Below are positions 60,349 through 64,000 of a stretch of 64,000 nt of DNA, piece by piece; positions within the stretch are counted from its first letter, which is position 1; each line of letters starts with the position of its first letter. The position numbers were made by a program, and so were the translations under genes. Origin of the DNA: Phoronis australis (Eukaryota > Animalia > Phoronida); assembly GCA_002633005.1 (NCBI GenBank), contig NMRA01000726.1, positions 114,638-178,637 of the forward strand. Reading direction: 5' to 3'. Under the pieces are notes generated by a model. That model was given only the letters and a program-made list of their open reading frames with translations, was not told the DNA's origin and made no database searches.

Positions 60349-62504
60349 AGTTGTAGCTGATTGAACATATATTGGCAATAACGAATGCGATCTGTGGATA
60401 AACTCGCGCTTTGCTTTCGACACAATAACTGTTGTTCGACAATTAAGGCTTGTAACCATACACTACTAATTAACTTTTAGCTACGTAAATGTCAAGTGTG
60501 TTGATTGCGCTATGGAACGTTCAATTGGATGACACAAAAAGTTTAATTTGCCTGAACTTTACTATATCTCTTGAATATAGCGTACTTAGGAAGAATAGCA
60601 ATTAAAAAAAAATCATTTTAAATTTAAATGTCAATCACGAAGAATATAATGTAGAGTAGTTGTACCTAAGCCCAGAATGCGCGAGCAAGCATTATAGGCC
60701 ATGGGCCGTAGGCCAGAGGAGGCCTAGAAAACCACTTCTGTGACCACTTTAGGGGGACACTTCAATTCAGGTGTTTTTGATGTCACAAATCATTGTACAT
60801 TATTAATCAAAAAAGTTCCTGTGTTTAGACGTGCACATATTTGTGAAATTTGATGTTAAAATTGTGCCAATTCAGCAAATTCTACGTGGAATTAAAAATA
60901 TTTAGAAAAGAAGAAAATTAAGGGTCCATAAAAAATGATACTGAAGGTAATATTACTACAGGCTGTGTTAAGTCATAATAAACACATACTTTGTTATATT
61001 TTTCAAGTAGAATTATGGAAGAAATATGAATTTATATGGAACTATCATTCATAGTGTTTTATGCTGTTTTTACTGTTGGTTAAACTATAATTATCAAACT
61101 TACTATGTCTAACCTTTATTTTATCACATATTTACTAATCTGTCATACAAAAACAATCATTGCTACAACTTCAAAGCATACAATTTGTCAAAAAATGGAG
61201 ACAAAAGTATAGAATAACTACAAATGCAATCGGATGAAGTACAAAAGGCCGAGAAATTAACATGATAAAATGTCGTTACTATAGAAGTAATTATGAAATA
61301 GAAAAATGTTTCACANCCCAGTTAATTCTATACTTTTTACCCTGACCCATATTTATGTAATTGAAAGAAATCGAAGTTTTTATGTTTACAAACGTCAGAA
61401 TAGATGTTAGTGAGTTACTGATGCTTATTCACGGCTGTTATATAAATGGACAGTTATGATCAAAGAAGCCTACAGTTTTAATGCATGTTTAGATTACATG
61501 GGCGCACCCAGGGGTGGCTCATCGGGGGCAATCAACGTCAGTTGCGATCTTCCCATCAGGAACAAATTTGCCAAAGTTCATAATGATCCTTTGAATAGTC
61601 TAACGGATAGAGAGGCTGACGAAATAAACGTTTTTAAAAATTGAGGTGGGCATCATGTAACCCAAATCTCATTAAGATCCTGCAAGGTATTTACAACCTA
61701 CAGCAGCGGCGGACAGAGATAACAGCAATGATATGCACCCACATATAAATATATGGGCACATAAAAAGGCTGCCCTTATTGAAACATTTTGTTTTCCCTG
61801 CCTTATCCTGAATCTCGGACGTAGTTTGGCATGGAAATATTCATTATTTTTGGTTTAAGTGTTGAAATGGCGCACTTTATTTCATTTGTGAATGCAACAG
61901 CGGTAAATCCAACTTACGGTTATAAAGCAAAATTTGTTTGTCATGAGATACATAAATACAAAATCTCCAACGAAACGTCGGTTCTTCACTGCAACTACTT
62001 TTTTAATAATTCGAGTTTTGGGATTCAGGAATGAACGAAAACAACCGGTGCTTGTGTATATCCCGATGTTATATTCTCATTATATAAAAGATACTTTGAC
62101 TGAGTTGTTTATGTATTCGCTTTACAGGGGCCTGTTCCAAGAAACTGACTATTCAAACCTTTTGCTGCCATCATCTGCCAAATGGAACGGCGATTAACAG
62201 GTTCTGCACTAGACGAAGCCACCAAAAAAATGACTGTGCCGACGCTTTGCCGCCACGTGCCTCTGTGCCAAGCCTCATTGAAATCCGTCAGTGTGTTCTC
62301 CAGATGTCATCCAAACGAACATTCTTTCACCCCCCCCCCCCCCAAATCAAATACGAAGAATCCCCTTGCCACTAGGGGTTGCTGCATTGATCGATTTACT
62401 GTCTAGTAAGTAGAAAGTTATTCATAAGCGAAGCAATTTGGTCATTTTACCCGCAGTCTGATTTTATGCATTGTTCTCAAAATTTCAAATTATTCTTTTT
62501 TTCT

Positions 62505-63282
62505 GGATTGTTCTGAAACCCTCTCGACTCCGCACCCCTCTACCCACGTCGACCCCCTCAACTCACGACCTGTGGCAATAGAGGTATTATTACGCTTTTC
62601 ACATATTTCATAATCTTATTACCGATCGCTGAGTTACTTTCCCATAAAACATACCCACACGTCAGTCTGCTCTGGCTCAAGTCTGATGATTAAAAATAGA
62701 AAGTGGCGTGACATCGTGACCTGAAATAGCGCATTGTGAGCGCGATATCGTTTTGACGGAAATAGTTCCACGAAATGTCCCAGTTCTACTAAAGTTAGGA
62801 AGATAGTCCGCTAACGTGAATGTACATAATTTCACATTTTTATTATTTGCTTTCTGTTTTAAATTCGTTTACTATTCTTCATTTAACGTTGAAATACCTT
62901 TTAGGTAACTGTTTGTTTTTTCAAACTGCATTTACTGATGAAATTACGGTTTTTTCGGTTCTCGGCACTCTCCGGAAAAAAATGTTGAACCTGCCAATCA
63001 CTGAAGAGCAGACAAGACAATTACACTCCACCGGGAACGAAATTTGCAATGTTGGTTGGTCTTTGATTTGACTTGGTCGCGTCGTTATATTCTGTTTTTG
63101 GCTTTTAATCTTGCCGAATGGACTCTCCTAATTGCAAAAAACGGGAAAAGCTAGTCGAGCTCACGGCCCAACTCATTGGTCCTGCAAGTCAGCGCTTGTT
63201 CTATGTTCAGATCGAGTAGAGCTTGTGTAGACTGGGTCGAGGGGGTTGTGGGTCGTGGGTCGACGGGGTTTCAGAACAATCC
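62505..63282. mobile_element. Non-autonomous Mutator-like element
   Basis: TIR GGATTGTTCTGAAACCC (17 bp perfect, then tcgaccc-type repeats). 9-bp flanks tttttttct / gttttttct match at 8/9, though they are low complexity. Confidence 0.7.
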
Positions 63283-64000
63283 GTTTTTTCTCTCATTTTC
63301 GTAGCCAAATACTTATTTAATTGCTGCTCAGTTACTTCAGTTGCATACTAATCCTTTTCGATGACCTTCATGAGTTACTAGTACTGTAAACCGTAACAAG
63401 GTGTCCATATCGAGTGACGTGCGCAGGGTGCATGTAGAACACAACCCACGCTTATCATCTGTATAACGACTCAAGTTGAGCCAACCATATGACAGATGTT
63501 TTCACCGGCGACGAGTCACAGCAGCAATATTTCCCATTAACCAAGTGCTTTTATTTCTTCAAAGATACGCGATTGTTATATGCACGAATACCAACAGGCA
63601 GAAGAAGAAGGCAGAGAAGTTTAACAAAACGGATTTTTATAATATCAAGATAACAAAAACATTACAAAAGAAATACAATTAACAAAATATGAAGAAAAAT
63701 GAAATAATAATTAAAGCAACGAGACGTAGCCCGTACAACGTGGACAACAATACACGCCATTATAATGAACAAAACATAAACTGTTCAAAAAGTTCACATG
63801 ACAACGGAATTTTAGTTGACAACATCTTGAAAATCAATTTTTTCACACACTTTCAATTTCAAAGACTTTCAGATTTTCAAGGTACTTCACTGTTTCGGCT
63901 GAGGTTGGCCGGGTTGCTGTACTTGCTGACCAAGCACTAGTATACAATTCAAAATAGCTCCGTTCAAACGTATCGCTTTCTGGCCAGAGCAGAGGGTCCG

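Overview
Eukaryotic, AT-rich, intron-containing DNA from a draft assembly, most likely a marine invertebrate (species not determinable). Three intact-looking genes: (1) a four-coding-exon VPS9-domain Rab-GEF-like gene on + (17.2-26.2 kb, ~936-946 aa, all intron phases compatible); (2) a 5'-truncated tandem paralog on + (32.9-35.3 kb, ~533 aa) sharing a 69-nt identical tract with it; (3) a single-coding-exon class A orphan/peptide-type GPCR on - (59.3-60.4 kb). Several tandem duplications abut single Ns and are probably uncollapsed haplotypes. Many small TIR elements and tRNA-like heads are present. The most unusual region is 45.8-54.8 kb. It holds two diverged, inverted copies of one unit carrying a tRNA-like A/B-box module, a CTCF-like motif and a short terminal hairpin. 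The unit leads into a frameshifted, spliced SGNH-hydrolase gene (HAGTND...DGLHP) and, in the left copy, a decayed PHD finger; the ORF track shows these only in fragments or not at all. Decayed Cys-rich (Academ-like) and THAP-like relics follow at 56-57.4 kb. All alignments and translations were done by eye; no database searches were run.
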